Assembly (NCBI GenBank): GCA_013374835.1
Contig: CP055307.1
Location: 343,315 to 407,314, forward strand
Length of the DNA: 64,000 nucleotides
From: Candidatus Woesebacteria bacterium
Lineage (GTDB): Bacteria > Patescibacteriota > Microgenomatia > UBA8517
Direction: 5' to 3'
How positions within the stretch are numbered: position 1 is the first letter of the stretch; each line of letters begins with the position of its first letter. Shown piece after piece: positions 48,683-58,800 of this stretch. A model generated the notes under the pieces. It was given only the letters and a program-made list of their open reading frames with translations. It was not told the DNA's origin and made no database searches. Position numbers and translations under genes: made by a program.

Positions 48683-49213
48683 ACAAGTAGGGCTAGAGGG
48701 TTGCAAAGACTCTTTTGAATTGATTTATAGGGATGTTTTGTCGGTTCGAAATCTTGTTCAAAATTCTCCCGAATTCACTACTTTTGAACTGTTCTATGTA
48801 ATACACGCTACTTATAAATTAACAACTTTCTTCTTGACTACTTTTGCAAATAGACTTTTGGTTTTTAGAAATAATTGTTTGCATAAAATGAACGTGAGTT
48901 CATATAATTGTTGTTCAGTATTAAACTTGAGAGTCAAGATAGATTGCTTATCTACCCTTCTCTTTTTATAGCTTTTTAACATTTTTATAGGATATTATTT
49001 GTCTTGTTAATTCTGGGTGTGGGATAATCGTTCTAAAGATGAGAAGGTTTTGGGTAAGACTGCCTAAGGAAAACGTTTTTGATTTCGGAAACAATTAATC
49101 TCTACTCCCTTTAAATTGTTATCACATGGCCTAATAAAAACTTTGTTTAGGTAGCAATTTTTGTCAGATATCTTTTAGAGATATTTTTAGTTTTTTGTGT
49201 TAAGATGCAAATT

Positions 49214-49762
49214 ATGAAATCAGTTGTTTTGTGTGGTAGCAGAAAGTTCAAGCCTCAAATCAGAAAATTTACAGAGGAACTAAAGGAAAAGGGTGTAGTT
49301 GTTTTTGAACCGTTTTTAAGACCTGGGGATGAGGACAGCTCATGGAATAGTTTGGATGAATATGATAAACGCTTTGTTGCTTTGGGCTTGACACATGACC
49401 ATTTCCACAAAATCAAAATGGCAGATGTTGTCTATATTTACAACAAAGATGGCTATTCTGGGGTAAGCACGACAATGGAAATTGCTTATGCTGTTGCCTG
49501 CGGCAAACCAATTTATGCTTATTCTGATAAAGATGAAGAGTATTGCAGAAAGGTGTTTTTTAGAGAAATAATCAAAACCCCACAGGAATTGATTAAATAT
49601 CTAAATTCTCTTTTGATTTTTTACTATTCTGATTATTGTAGAGATTCCTCTGTATCTACTTTTTTAGGATATTGGTCCTTTTGGTTCAGGGCATTATTTT
49701 ATTATTTTTACCAACATGTAATACCCTTTAATAGTTTTAATTCTTTTTGTTGTAAATTATAG
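49214..49762 (+). CDS. nucleoside 2-deoxyribosyltransferase-like family protein
   Basis: N-terminal VVLCGS motif and …GVSTTMEIAYAVACGKPIYAY… (conserved Glu) typical of PF05014-like proteins. The C-terminal ~60 aa are low-complexity and look like read-through. Confidence 0.5.
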   Translation: MKSVVLCGSRKFKPQIRKFTEELKEKGVVVFEPFLRPGDEDSSWNSLDEYDKRFVALGLTHDHFHKIKMADVVYIYNKDGYSGVSTTMEIAYAVACGKPIYAYSDKDEEYCRKVFFREIIKTPQELIKYLNSLLIFYYSDYCRDSSVSTFLGYWSFWFRALFYYFYQHVIPFNSFNSFCCKL

Positions 49763-49953
49763 TCACCAATTTATCACGAAACGTCTCATTTGGCTTTGAA
49801 GCGAAACGGAGGTTGTGGGATAATTGAATACTAGACCGACCTGCTCAATCCGCCAAAGCAGCAAACTCGAATATTTAAATAAAAGTTTTTGATACTGGAA
49901 AATTAAAAAACTAGCCAGATAAAGTCCGTTTTATCTTAAACTGGACAAAAAAA

Positions 49954-50832
49954 CTACTGAGAATAGAGGTCTTTTGGAGCTGAAACAATTGACAAAATAC
50001 TATACTCACTCGCAATAAACTGCTCTTTATCAGACATTCTTTTTATTAGATAATCAGAACTGCCTTTGTAAAACTCAAGCGTTTCACTTTTGCCGTCATA
50101 TTCAACAGTTACCGTTAGTGTTGGTGTCTTGGGGTAATCAATTTTCTTTTCGGCATCAAAAAGGGAATGGGCAGTAAGATTTGACAATTGAGGAAGAAGC
50201 GATTCCACCTTGTCTTTTTTGACCTCCTTACCATTGGTATCCACCCATTTTTCATCTTTTTTGACAATCACAGTAGTCTTGCCATTTTGGGTAAATGATA
50301 TTTTTGTTAACTTTGTTTGATCAAATTCCAAAATAGTTTTGTCGTACCAATCAGAAACCGAAGGCAAGCTAGTCCGCCAGATATCTTTGATAATGTAAAC
50401 ATCATTCTCTCCCTCAAACCTCGCATACACACCAGTGCCACTACTCTTGCCGACAAGCCAAGTAAGTTTGTCGTCAAGCGTTATTTTGGTTGCAGTATCG
50501 TCTGTTAGTTCGAATTCTTTATGCCTTTTGTCCGTCTGGGCAATCAGCTCAGGTGAGTCTGGTGTAAGCAACTGGTTTATAAGGTTATCAACCTTGTCTG
50601 AATCAGCCTTTTTGCCGTTTATCTTCCATACACTGTTTTCTTTAACAATACTAATCGTTGCGGTTTTGTCCTTGATTGTTAGCGATTGAACAGATGTTTT
50701 GTCCAGAGAGCTTGTTTTTTGCATGTATGCCGAGGGTTTGGATAAAAAACGTGGCAAATAAGTCTTTACAACCAAAAACCCAACAAGAACAGCAAAAACT
50801 AAGGTTAGTATTATAATGTTTTTATTTTTCAT
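49954..50832 (-). CDS. DUF4340-like protein (GldG-associated), N-terminal TM
   Basis: Last gene of a GldA/F/G-like ABC operon. Architecture matches DUF4340. Confidence 0.45.
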   Translation of the reverse strand: MKNKNIIILTLVFAVLVGFLVVKTYLPRFLSKPSAYMQKTSSLDKTSVQSLTIKDKTATISIVKENSVWKINGKKADSDKVDNLINQLLTPDSPELIAQTDKRHKEFELTDDTATKITLDDKLTWLVGKSSGTGVYARFEGENDVYIIKDIWRTSLPSVSDWYDKTILEFDQTKLTKISFTQNGKTTVIVKKDEKWVDTNGKEVKKDKVESLLPQLSNLTAHSLFDAEKKIDYPKTPTLTVTVEYDGKSETLEFYKGSSDYLIKRMSDKEQFIASEYSILSIVSAPKDLYSQ

Positions 50833-53002
50833 AAATCCGTCGAGTCAACTGTTTTCTTCTCCTTAAATAAAAGACCGCGAATGCAATAACAACCAAAGGT
50901 GGAATTAAAAGATTTCCGTACTGAACAAGTAAAACATCAGCAGTACTTCTAAATTCAAATACTGATCTGCCGCTACCCTTGGAGGGAATTGACGCCAAGT
51001 CTTTATCTGCGGCTAAGTAATCAATGGAATTGCTTAAGAAGGCAATATTATCACGATTGTTTTGTAAAAACTGATCATCCGCAAGCGTTGTTGAACCAAC
51101 AACAATAAGGCGCGTGTCACCCTTTTCAAGAAGCACTGCCAAAGGAACTTCCTCGGCGTTGGGGGTAAGCGTTCTAGCAGATTGAGGGGAAATGTTAAAG
51201 CTTTCCTTAGTTATACCGGCACTTTTGCCTGTTATCAAAAGCGTTTTTTGCATAACCCCTTCACTTGGCGATATTGACAAAGAACTTGGCCAACCAAGAC
51301 TTACACTTTTGACAGTGGAAAGTGGGGGAAAGTCCTCAGCAGCCGGAAGTGCCCGCAGCCAATATGGATATTGAGCAAGATACCTTTGCCCGTTTTGATC
51401 TTCAAAACCCAAAACCTCAGAAAGCTGTAAATCATAAACCAGATCGTTGTTGAGATTTGCGCCGTAGTCAGCAAGAATGTTTGTAATGCCCGACTGGCTC
51501 TTGGCAGCAGTCAAAGTTTGCGGGCTGACGCTAACTCCATTGGCTAAAAGCAACACCTTTCCGTTTTGGTTAAGATAATTTTTGATCATGGCAGAAGCAG
51601 TACTTTCCTGGCTTCCATCGTCGATTACAATCATCGCGTTTAAATCTTTCAGCCTGTCTTTTTCGTCAACTGCCAAGACCTCTGCCTGGTATTGTGTCGA
51701 AAGAAGATCAGAAAGTATTCGATTCTGGAAATATCCATTTGTATATATACCAATGGTTGTGTCTTTGCTGCTTGAAATTTTCCTGATGCGCCGGGTAAGT
51801 TGATATTCAAGATCAGATGTGTCGGATACAAAAGGAATACTCTCAGTCTTATCACCAAAGCGAAGTACAATTCCCAGCATTCCCGTCTGCACCTCAAACT
51901 TTCCTGATCCTACTTTATTAAACTGCACCTCCTGAATACCGACCTGTTGTGCTTCTTGAGCGGCTTCTGTGTTAAATTCCGGATTCACAACTCTAACTTT
52001 CACATTGTCACTTAGCTTTTCATAATCTTTTAAAAGGTCCATCACATCGCGAGCCACCAGCTGCATCTGAGCAGGCAAATCTCGGGAGACGTATACCGTA
52101 ATATTTACTATGTCATCAAGATTTCTAATAGTTTGTTTAGTACCCTCAGAAAGGGTAAAAAGTCTTTCCTGAGTCAAATCTATCCTAACTGGATACGAAG
52201 AAAGAATAATGTTGGATACAACTCCAATTGCCAAGATAAGGCCAAATGCTAGTTTTAATTTTCTCGCTTCGCTTGGGCGCTCTGTGGTTTTGGGTTGCGA
52301 TAATTTAGTCACGGTCGCAGAAAGCATAACTCCGGAAACAGTTATAAAGTAAAAAACATCCCGAACATCCAGCAGACCTCTTGCAACATTTTCCACATGA
52401 GTTAGAACCGACAGTTCACGGGCCAAACGGTCAATAGGAAATGGCAACATCTGAGTAATAAAATCAAGGCCGATGATAATAAAAACAAAACTAACCGACA
52501 CCCCTAAAAGAAAACTGCCAATAGCATTTTTAGTATAAGAAGAAGCAGCAATGCCAATTGATGTAAAAGTAGCGCCTATAAAAAGTGCACCAATGTATTG
52601 GCCAATGATCTGTCCAATATCCGGTTGGGAATAGACAATCAAAGTTAAAGGTAGACCTATTGTAGTTCCTAAAATAAGGCAAAAGAAGGCAAAAGCTCCC
52701 AAGAATTTTCCCATTACCACCTCAAGTTCAGATATGGGGTGAGCAAATAAGAGCTCAAGTGTTCCCGACTTTTGCTCATCAGTCAAAAGCTTCATGGACA
52801 ATGCCGGAGCCAAAAGCAGCAAGAACCAAGGTAAAAGTTCAAAATACGGCCTAAGATTTGCCTCGCCGCTAACAAAAGCAGTTCTGCTGTACAGAAAAAC
52901 GGACAACAACAAAAACGGCACAATTACTGTATAGGCCAAAGCGCTATTGATGTAGCCGAAAAACTCTTTTTTAGCAATTCGTAAAATAATATTTGCCTTC
53001 AT
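50822..53002 (-). CDS. fused ABC-2 permease (GldF-like) + GldG-like extracytoplasmic domain protein
   Basis: 726 aa. N-terminal 6-TM ABC-2 permease, then a large GldG-type domain with a C-terminal TM. Confidence 0.6.
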   Translation of the reverse strand: MKANIILRIAKKEFFGYINSALAYTVIVPFLLLSVFLYSRTAFVSGEANLRPYFELLPWFLLLLAPALSMKLLTDEQKSGTLELLFAHPISELEVVMGKFLGAFAFFCLILGTTIGLPLTLIVYSQPDIGQIIGQYIGALFIGATFTSIGIAASSYTKNAIGSFLLGVSVSFVFIIIGLDFITQMLPFPIDRLARELSVLTHVENVARGLLDVRDVFYFITVSGVMLSATVTKLSQPKTTERPSEARKLKLAFGLILAIGVVSNIILSSYPVRIDLTQERLFTLSEGTKQTIRNLDDIVNITVYVSRDLPAQMQLVARDVMDLLKDYEKLSDNVKVRVVNPEFNTEAAQEAQQVGIQEVQFNKVGSGKFEVQTGMLGIVLRFGDKTESIPFVSDTSDLEYQLTRRIRKISSSKDTTIGIYTNGYFQNRILSDLLSTQYQAEVLAVDEKDRLKDLNAMIVIDDGSQESTASAMIKNYLNQNGKVLLLANGVSVSPQTLTAAKSQSGITNILADYGANLNNDLVYDLQLSEVLGFEDQNGQRYLAQYPYWLRALPAAEDFPPLSTVKSVSLGWPSSLSISPSEGVMQKTLLITGKSAGITKESFNISPQSARTLTPNAEEVPLAVLLEKGDTRLIVVGSTTLADDQFLQNNRDNIAFLSNSIDYLAADKDLASIPSKGSGRSVFEFRSTADVLLVQYGNLLIPPLVVIAFAVFYLRRRKQLTRRIYEK

Positions 53003-53006
53003 AAGT

Positions 53007-53915
53007 CTAACTGCTAGTTAGCTTCCCAAACACATCTTCTATAGCCCGATCCCTGGACACAAGAGTTAAAAGAACCCATTTATTCTTTATTGAAAGGTAA
53101 TACAGTTCTTCTCGAATATCCCGCTTTTTATCAGCCTCAATCACAAAATAATTCTTTTTCTCCTCGGTCACTTTTATAACACCATCAACTTTTTTAAGAG
53201 TAGAAAGCACTCTGGCACCCTTTACTTCCATTTCTATTATCTGCGAGGAAGAACCGAGTCTTCTTAGGTTTTCTGGCGTTTCATCGGCAACAACAGCACC
53301 CTTATGAATAATGATCATTCGGCCGGCTATTTTGGCAAGTTCAGCCAGAACATGAGAAGAAATAATAACTGTACGTTTTTTCCCAAGGCTGCGAATAAGA
53401 CTGGCTATGTCTTGACGCTGATTGGGATCAAGCCCTTCTGTGGGTTCATCAAAAATAAGAATATCGGGTTTGGTCAAAATCGCCTGAGAAAGACCTACCC
53501 GCTGTCTGTATCCTTTAGATAGCTCGGCAATCGGTCGGTAAAAGACATCTCCAATGCCGCAACTGTCAACCACAAAGTCTATAGCCTTCTGACGATCGTT
53601 TTTGGGTACTTCCTTTATATCCGCCCAAAAGAGCAAATATTCCTCAACAGTCATTTCATCATATAAAGGATTATTCTCTGGCAAAAAACCAATACGTTTT
53701 TTTAAGGCAGGATTAAGTTCAATATCATTGCCGTCAATTTCTACCTTACCGCCTGAGGGAGGCAGTACTCCTGCAATCATCCGGAGGGTAGTGGTCTTTC
53801 CGGCTCCATTAGGCCCTAAAAGACCTACGATCTCCCCCTCCTTGATCTTAACATTTATGTCCTTAACTACGTACCGATGGTCAAACTGTTTTGAAAGATT
53901 AACAAGGGTAATCAT
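53007..53915 (-). CDS. ABC transporter ATP-binding protein (GldA-like)
   Basis: Walker A GPNGAGKTTT, LSKGYRQR signature, Walker B ILIFDEP. Confidence 0.85.
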   Translation of the reverse strand: MITLVNLSKQFDHRYVVKDINVKIKEGEIVGLLGPNGAGKTTTLRMIAGVLPPSGGKVEIDGNDIELNPALKKRIGFLPENNPLYDEMTVEEYLLFWADIKEVPKNDRQKAIDFVVDSCGIGDVFYRPIAELSKGYRQRVGLSQAILTKPDILIFDEPTEGLDPNQRQDIASLIRSLGKKRTVIISSHVLAELAKIAGRMIIIHKGAVVADETPENLRRLGSSSQIIEMEVKGARVLSTLKKVDGVIKVTEEKKNYFVIEADKKRDIREELYYLSIKNKWVLLTLVSRDRAIEDVFGKLTSS

Positions 53916-54208
53916 AACGATTACTAGATATAATTGAGCTAATCCTGTACCAAATTATTTTACAAAAAATAATATCTTTGCCAACTACTATTTTCAAGAT
54001 AAATCTAGGGTTAATTGCTATTATTTGACCTATCTTATTCACTTATTCAAAAGATAAGGTGTTACCGTTTTTATCTACAAGTCTTCCAAGATATTCACCA
54101 AGAGTCAAGCCCCCCCAGTTTTCAGTTATTGGATACCAAACGAAATTAGATTTATCAACCTGTCAAGTACCCATTTTGTTGCACACTCTTAAATTTGACA
54201 AATGGAAA

Positions 54209-56716
54209 TTAAATACTTATTTGCAACTCTGCTTGATAATTTTTTTTGTCTTCAAGGAATGTTAATATGACTTGATTCGCTTTGCTTAGTGAGGTTATGT
54301 CTGGAACAAAACCTTCTATGTTATCTCGTTTTGTTCTTGTAGAGCATCTTAAAACCACTGTTTCTAGCGGAGAACTAATCTTCATTTTTCTTTTTGACTT
54401 GAATTTCCTAATTTCTGAAATAACATCTAGCATCAACGAAGCACCAGTCATAATATCTTTTTCTCCTTCTCCGTCTGTAGACTCAACCCAAGAAGTATTA
54501 TGAATGCTGTTTGTTCCTTCAAAATGATGAAAATAACCATGATTGTCACCACTTTGCAGATGTCCTTGTGAAGTCTTTTCTCCTGTTTGAATATAATCAC
54601 TGTGATATATTTCTTCTGTTATATGGGGAACAAAGGGTGATGCTATTTTCAAAATACCAAGGTAAGCCTGATAAAGTGCGTATTGGGCAGATCTCTTAGC
54701 CTTGGAATCTTGAGAATTATAGAGCCTGCCTTTTATTAGCTCCAAGTAGTTATCGGCAAAATCGTTCCAGAAAAACCTTTCAAATTCGTTTAGAGCTTTT
54801 GAGAATTCATATTTTTCAAACCATTTCGCCATTCTAGATGAAGTCTCTCTCATTCTCTGGAGAATCCACTTGTCGGTGGCAATAAGTTGATCTTCTGTTA
54901 TTTGTGTCTTAGTTGGGTCAAAATCCTGGAGATTAGCTAAAGAGAACCTCCCAGCATTTAGTAATTTAGTGACCAATCTCTTACCATTTCTTACCTGTTT
55001 TTCTTCATAGTATGAATCCCTTCCCAAAGAAGCTTGGCACATTGCGTATCGAATTGCGTCAGCAGAATGCCGGGCAATTAGATCTTGAGGCCTATATTGA
55101 CCCCCTCCTGTCTTTTTGCTTATCTTTTCACCCTTTTTGACAAGTACGTGGCCAGAGATCATTAGATCTTCCCAGGGAATCTCTCCATGATTATAAAAAC
55201 TCATTAGGATTGTATACACTGCCCAGGTCCTAATAATGTCATGTGCTTGTGGGCGCATGGACATAGGCAAGATTTTTCCTTGCAGTTTGCCGTTGAGTTC
55301 ATGATTGTTATTAACCTCGGTTGAGAGAGCGGACGTAAACCATGTATCTAAAACTGTGTTCTCGGGTTCTATCAGGTGGCCTTTGCAATGTGGGCACTCA
55401 TTAAAAACTTTGTCCTCTCTTGGGTCTACCGGCAGTTCACTTTCCTCGGGTATGAGAACTTCATGGCAATCTCTACAAGAATACACAGGGAGTGGTATTC
55501 CAAAAAATCTTTCCCTTGATATACACCAATCCCATTTCAAGTTTTCTACCCAATCTCTGTATCTTTTCTTCATATGTTTTGGGTACCATCTTATTTTGTC
55601 ACCAGCCTTGAGCAATTCATCTTTAACATCCAAGATTTTTACAAACCATTGTGTTCTTGGAATAATCTCCACTGGAGTCCCGCATCTTTCGTGTACGCCC
55701 ACTGCATGAGTTATTTGTTTTTCATCTCTTATATGTCCTTCTTGCTTGAGTCTGTTAACAATTGCGTCTCTAGCTTCAGCTATTGAAAGACCTTTTAAAT
55801 AAGGAGCGTTTTTAAGGTTCTCAATTAAACCGTTTTCGTCAATAATAACCTTGCTTTTTAGGTTATGTTTTCTTACCCAGTGCAAGTCTGTTTCATCGCC
55901 GTATGTACAACACATAACAGCGCCGGTTCCTTTTTCAGTAGATACCAGCTCATCGGCTAGTATCTTTACCTCGTCTCCTAGAGGAGTTCTTGCCATTTTC
56001 CCCACGAGTTTCTGATATCTTTTATCCGTCGGGTTAACAAATACAGCAATACAGGCTGGAATTAATTCGGGCCTAGTGGTTGAGATAACCAAATCATCCC
56101 CATCTTCGGTTGAGAAAGCAATATCGTAAAATACGGAGGACTCCTCACGATCTTCAACTTCAGCTTGTGCAATCGAAGTTAAGCATTCGTGACAATAAAG
56201 AGCAGGGGCTTCTTGCCTGTATATTAAACCTTTCTCATATAGGTTCTTGAAGGCTGTTTGGGAAATTTTTTGGACTTCATCTGAAATAGTAGAGTATTCT
56301 AGTCTCCAATCCACACTCATTCCGATTGATTGCCAGAGACTTTTGTACTCATCGGCATACTTTCCTACAACTCCTAGACAACTTCGTCGAAATTCCCGCA
56401 GACCCTGATCACCTCCTTTTATACCCAGCTCTTTTTCAACTAATCTCTCTGTTGGAAGCCCGTTATCATCGTAGCCAAAAGGGTAACGGACATTGTAACC
56501 AGCCATTCTTCTGAACCTAGACACAACCTCAGCTTGCGTATATGAAAATATGTGACCGAGGTGGAGTGATCCAGAGATAGTCGGCGGAGGTGTATCTATT
56601 GTATATAAAGGCTTATTTGAGCTAGGATCAAACTCGTATACTCTTTCTCTCTCCCAAAATTTTTGCCAGTGGGGCTCTCTGTCAGAAAAAATGTACCCTT
56701 CTTTTTTTTGTAGCAT
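54209..56716 (-). CDS. valS: valyl-tRNA synthetase (class I)
   Basis: HIGH region PPTISGSLHLGH resembles the ValRS PPPNVTGSLHMGH signature. KISKK (KMSKS-like). 835 aa. Confidence 0.7.
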   Translation of the reverse strand: MLQKKEGYIFSDREPHWQKFWERERVYEFDPSSNKPLYTIDTPPPTISGSLHLGHIFSYTQAEVVSRFRRMAGYNVRYPFGYDDNGLPTERLVEKELGIKGGDQGLREFRRSCLGVVGKYADEYKSLWQSIGMSVDWRLEYSTISDEVQKISQTAFKNLYEKGLIYRQEAPALYCHECLTSIAQAEVEDREESSVFYDIAFSTEDGDDLVISTTRPELIPACIAVFVNPTDKRYQKLVGKMARTPLGDEVKILADELVSTEKGTGAVMCCTYGDETDLHWVRKHNLKSKVIIDENGLIENLKNAPYLKGLSIAEARDAIVNRLKQEGHIRDEKQITHAVGVHERCGTPVEIIPRTQWFVKILDVKDELLKAGDKIRWYPKHMKKRYRDWVENLKWDWCISRERFFGIPLPVYSCRDCHEVLIPEESELPVDPREDKVFNECPHCKGHLIEPENTVLDTWFTSALSTEVNNNHELNGKLQGKILPMSMRPQAHDIIRTWAVYTILMSFYNHGEIPWEDLMISGHVLVKKGEKISKKTGGGQYRPQDLIARHSADAIRYAMCQASLGRDSYYEEKQVRNGKRLVTKLLNAGRFSLANLQDFDPTKTQITEDQLIATDKWILQRMRETSSRMAKWFEKYEFSKALNEFERFFWNDFADNYLELIKGRLYNSQDSKAKRSAQYALYQAYLGILKIASPFVPHITEEIYHSDYIQTGEKTSQGHLQSGDNHGYFHHFEGTNSIHNTSWVESTDGEGEKDIMTGASLMLDVISEIRKFKSKRKMKISSPLETVVLRCSTRTKRDNIEGFVPDITSLSKANQVILTFLEDKKNYQAELQISI

Positions 56717-56942
56717 TTCTTTTTTTAGCCATATTTTCTGACTCTTTCTTCTTCATTTTATCTTCAAGACTTGGTTGCTGCAATTATATCTTTGAAGTTA
56801 ATATTTTGCAAAATACCTAGAGCTTTTGTGAAAGCTTAATATTTTGATATAACCCAACCTTGGGGATGAGCAAAAAGCATTCCGGATGCAACTTGTTACA
56901 ATTCCGACATGGGCACTTTTTCTTGCCCGATTACCAAAGAAG

Positions 56943-57770
56943 CTAACGGGAGAGACTACTTAAGTTTTTAAACCTTTCTTCAACCAATTTATAAATTTTA
57001 GGAGTATTTGGGTGTTTGTTAAGTAGGTTTTTATCAAGTCCGCTTTCGTTAATAATTTTTCTTGCCTCGTTTTTTGTCACTTTCTTTGAATGAACTAATT
57101 TTTCGTATTTAATTAATCCCTCCATTAGGGAATTTTTAACAAGTTGCTTTTCGTGTTGATACATATATTGGCGTAAAAACAGTCCTAGATTTTTAGTTTT
57201 AATGGTATCTGGAAGTTTAATCAAATCAATAACAACCGAATTTGTTCTTGGAATTGGATAGAATTTTCCTTTTGGAACTCTCAATAAAACCTTTGCTTTA
57301 AAAAACGATCCGAAAACGTCATACCCATCAATCTTTTTCAGGAATTTTATAGGCACAAGAAGAATTACTTTGTCATAATCTAAAAAAGTTAGATTGTGTA
57401 AGAAAGGCTCGATAAAAGAATATGGTAAGTTGGCAACAACTTTGTTGTATTCTTTCTTTTTCTTAAATTTTCCGTGAAGCTGAACATACTTCCAGGCATT
57501 TTTATAGTGAACCTCAACATTTTTGGGAAGTTTTGACAAAAACGGTTTAAATCTTTTATCAATTTCAAAAGCAATAACCTTTCCTGCTTTTTTAGCAATT
57601 TCGGCCGTTAAACTCCCGGTTCCTGCTCCAACTTCCAAAACAACATCGTTTTTATTCAAGTTAGCAAAATTAACAACCTTTTTGATAATCTCCTTATCAG
57701 TCAAGAAAAACTGGTCTTTTAATGGATCTGGTTTGAGATTTGCTTTTTTAAGTTCTTCATGAATATTCAT
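56943..57770 (-). CDS. ksgA: 16S rRNA (adenine1518/1519-N6)-dimethyltransferase KsgA/RsmA family (an Erm-type relative not excluded)
   Basis: SAM motif LEVGAGTGSLT and NLPY catalytic motif. 275 aa. Confidence 0.6.
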   Translation of the reverse strand: MNIHEELKKANLKPDPLKDQFFLTDKEIIKKVVNFANLNKNDVVLEVGAGTGSLTAEIAKKAGKVIAFEIDKRFKPFLSKLPKNVEVHYKNAWKYVQLHGKFKKKKEYNKVVANLPYSFIEPFLHNLTFLDYDKVILLVPIKFLKKIDGYDVFGSFFKAKVLLRVPKGKFYPIPRTNSVVIDLIKLPDTIKTKNLGLFLRQYMYQHEKQLVKNSLMEGLIKYEKLVHSKKVTKNEARKIINESGLDKNLLNKHPNTPKIYKLVEERFKNLSSLSR

Positions 57771-57898
57771 GGCTGTATTATACTTCTCTTACAGTATAAA
57801 AATGTTTGGTTAAGGATTGCACAAATCTTGTTAAGGCAGTGCCCGGATTAATGGTTCATTGGTAAGATAGCCTGATAAATTCTATAATACAATTACAT

Positions 57899-58156
57899 AT
57901 GAAGAAATTGCTGGAAATCGTACAAAAAAAACCCTATTTGGCCTGGTATGTAAAAGATACAAGCAGGCTATCACCAAAAAGCATAATGGAACATGTTTTT
58001 AACTTTGGTGACTGGAACGACTATCTTGAGGCTGAAGAGGCTCTCGGAATCCAAAAAGCGAAGGAGATCTTTGAGCAACTGACCAGCAAAAAAAGAGTAA
58101 ATCTGAGAAGGAAAACCATCAACTATTTCCAAAAATATTATCAAAAGTATGCATGA
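57899..58156 (+). CDS. small protein (85 aa) translationally coupled to the AbiEii-type gene; putative antitoxin-like partner
   Basis: Stop/start overlap with the downstream NTase. No recognised domain. Confidence 0.3.
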   Translation: MKKLLEIVQKKPYLAWYVKDTSRLSPKSIMEHVFNFGDWNDYLEAEEALGIQKAKEIFEQLTSKKRVNLRRKTINYFQKYYQKYA

Positions 58157-58763
58157 GGAGGTATTGTCCCCAAAACAACGTGAGTTACTGCCGCTTATAG
58201 CAACTTATAAAAATGACTTTGGTCTTATCGGAGGAACTGCTATTGCTTTACAATTAGGACATAGAAGGTCAATTGACTTCGACCTGGCAACGGCTAAAGA
58301 GCTAAACACAGGAAATATAAAAACCTTGATTGGAAAAGGGTTTGTGGTTAACGGGGTTTTGGTTGACGAGACAAATGAGTACTCAATAGTCGTAAATGAT
58401 GTCAAACTCACTTTTCTGTATTATCCTTTTGAGTTGAAGTTTAGCGAAAGCTTACGGGATATTATAAAGATGCCAGATGTTATAACCCTTGCCTCGTTGA
58501 AGGCTTATGCCTTGGGAAGAAGAGCAAAATGGAAGGATTATGTCGACCTGTATTTTGTAATTGGTCAGCGCTCACTAAGAGAGGTAATAGAAAAGGCAAA
58601 AGCCGTCTTTGGCAATGAGTTCAATGAAAAACTCTTCAGAGAACAACTTGCTTATTTTGAAGACATAGACTATTCGGAGGAGATAGATTTTATGGATGGA
58701 TTTGAAGTAGAAAATGACGTAATAAAAAAAGAGTTGACTGAGATTAGTCTTCAAAAGCTTTAG
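58149..58763 (+). CDS. AbiEii/DUF1814-family nucleotidyltransferase (type IV TA / abortive-infection toxin-like)
   Basis: FGLIGGTAIALQLGHRRSIDFDL NTase motif (GGTAL…S.D.D). 204 aa. Confidence 0.6.
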   Translation: MHEEVLSPKQRELLPLIATYKNDFGLIGGTAIALQLGHRRSIDFDLATAKELNTGNIKTLIGKGFVVNGVLVDETNEYSIVVNDVKLTFLYYPFELKFSESLRDIIKMPDVITLASLKAYALGRRAKWKDYVDLYFVIGQRSLREVIEKAKAVFGNEFNEKLFREQLAYFEDIDYSEEIDFMDGFEVENDVIKKELTEISLQKL

Positions 58764-58800
58764 CTTATGCATTTTGAAGAACAACAAATAAAAGAAGCTT

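Noticed and set aside
48654-48971. Track ORF overlapping tRNA-Gln and the downstream spacer
   Set aside because: It starts inside the tRNA, has a low-complexity translation and lacks an RBS, so it is most likely non-coding.
56717-56942. T-box leader upstream of valS (minus strand)
   Set aside because: The conserved T-box sequence (AAnnnGGGTGGnACCGCG) was not found on the appropriate strand. The GGGCACTTTTTCTTGCCC hairpin there is not followed by a T-run.
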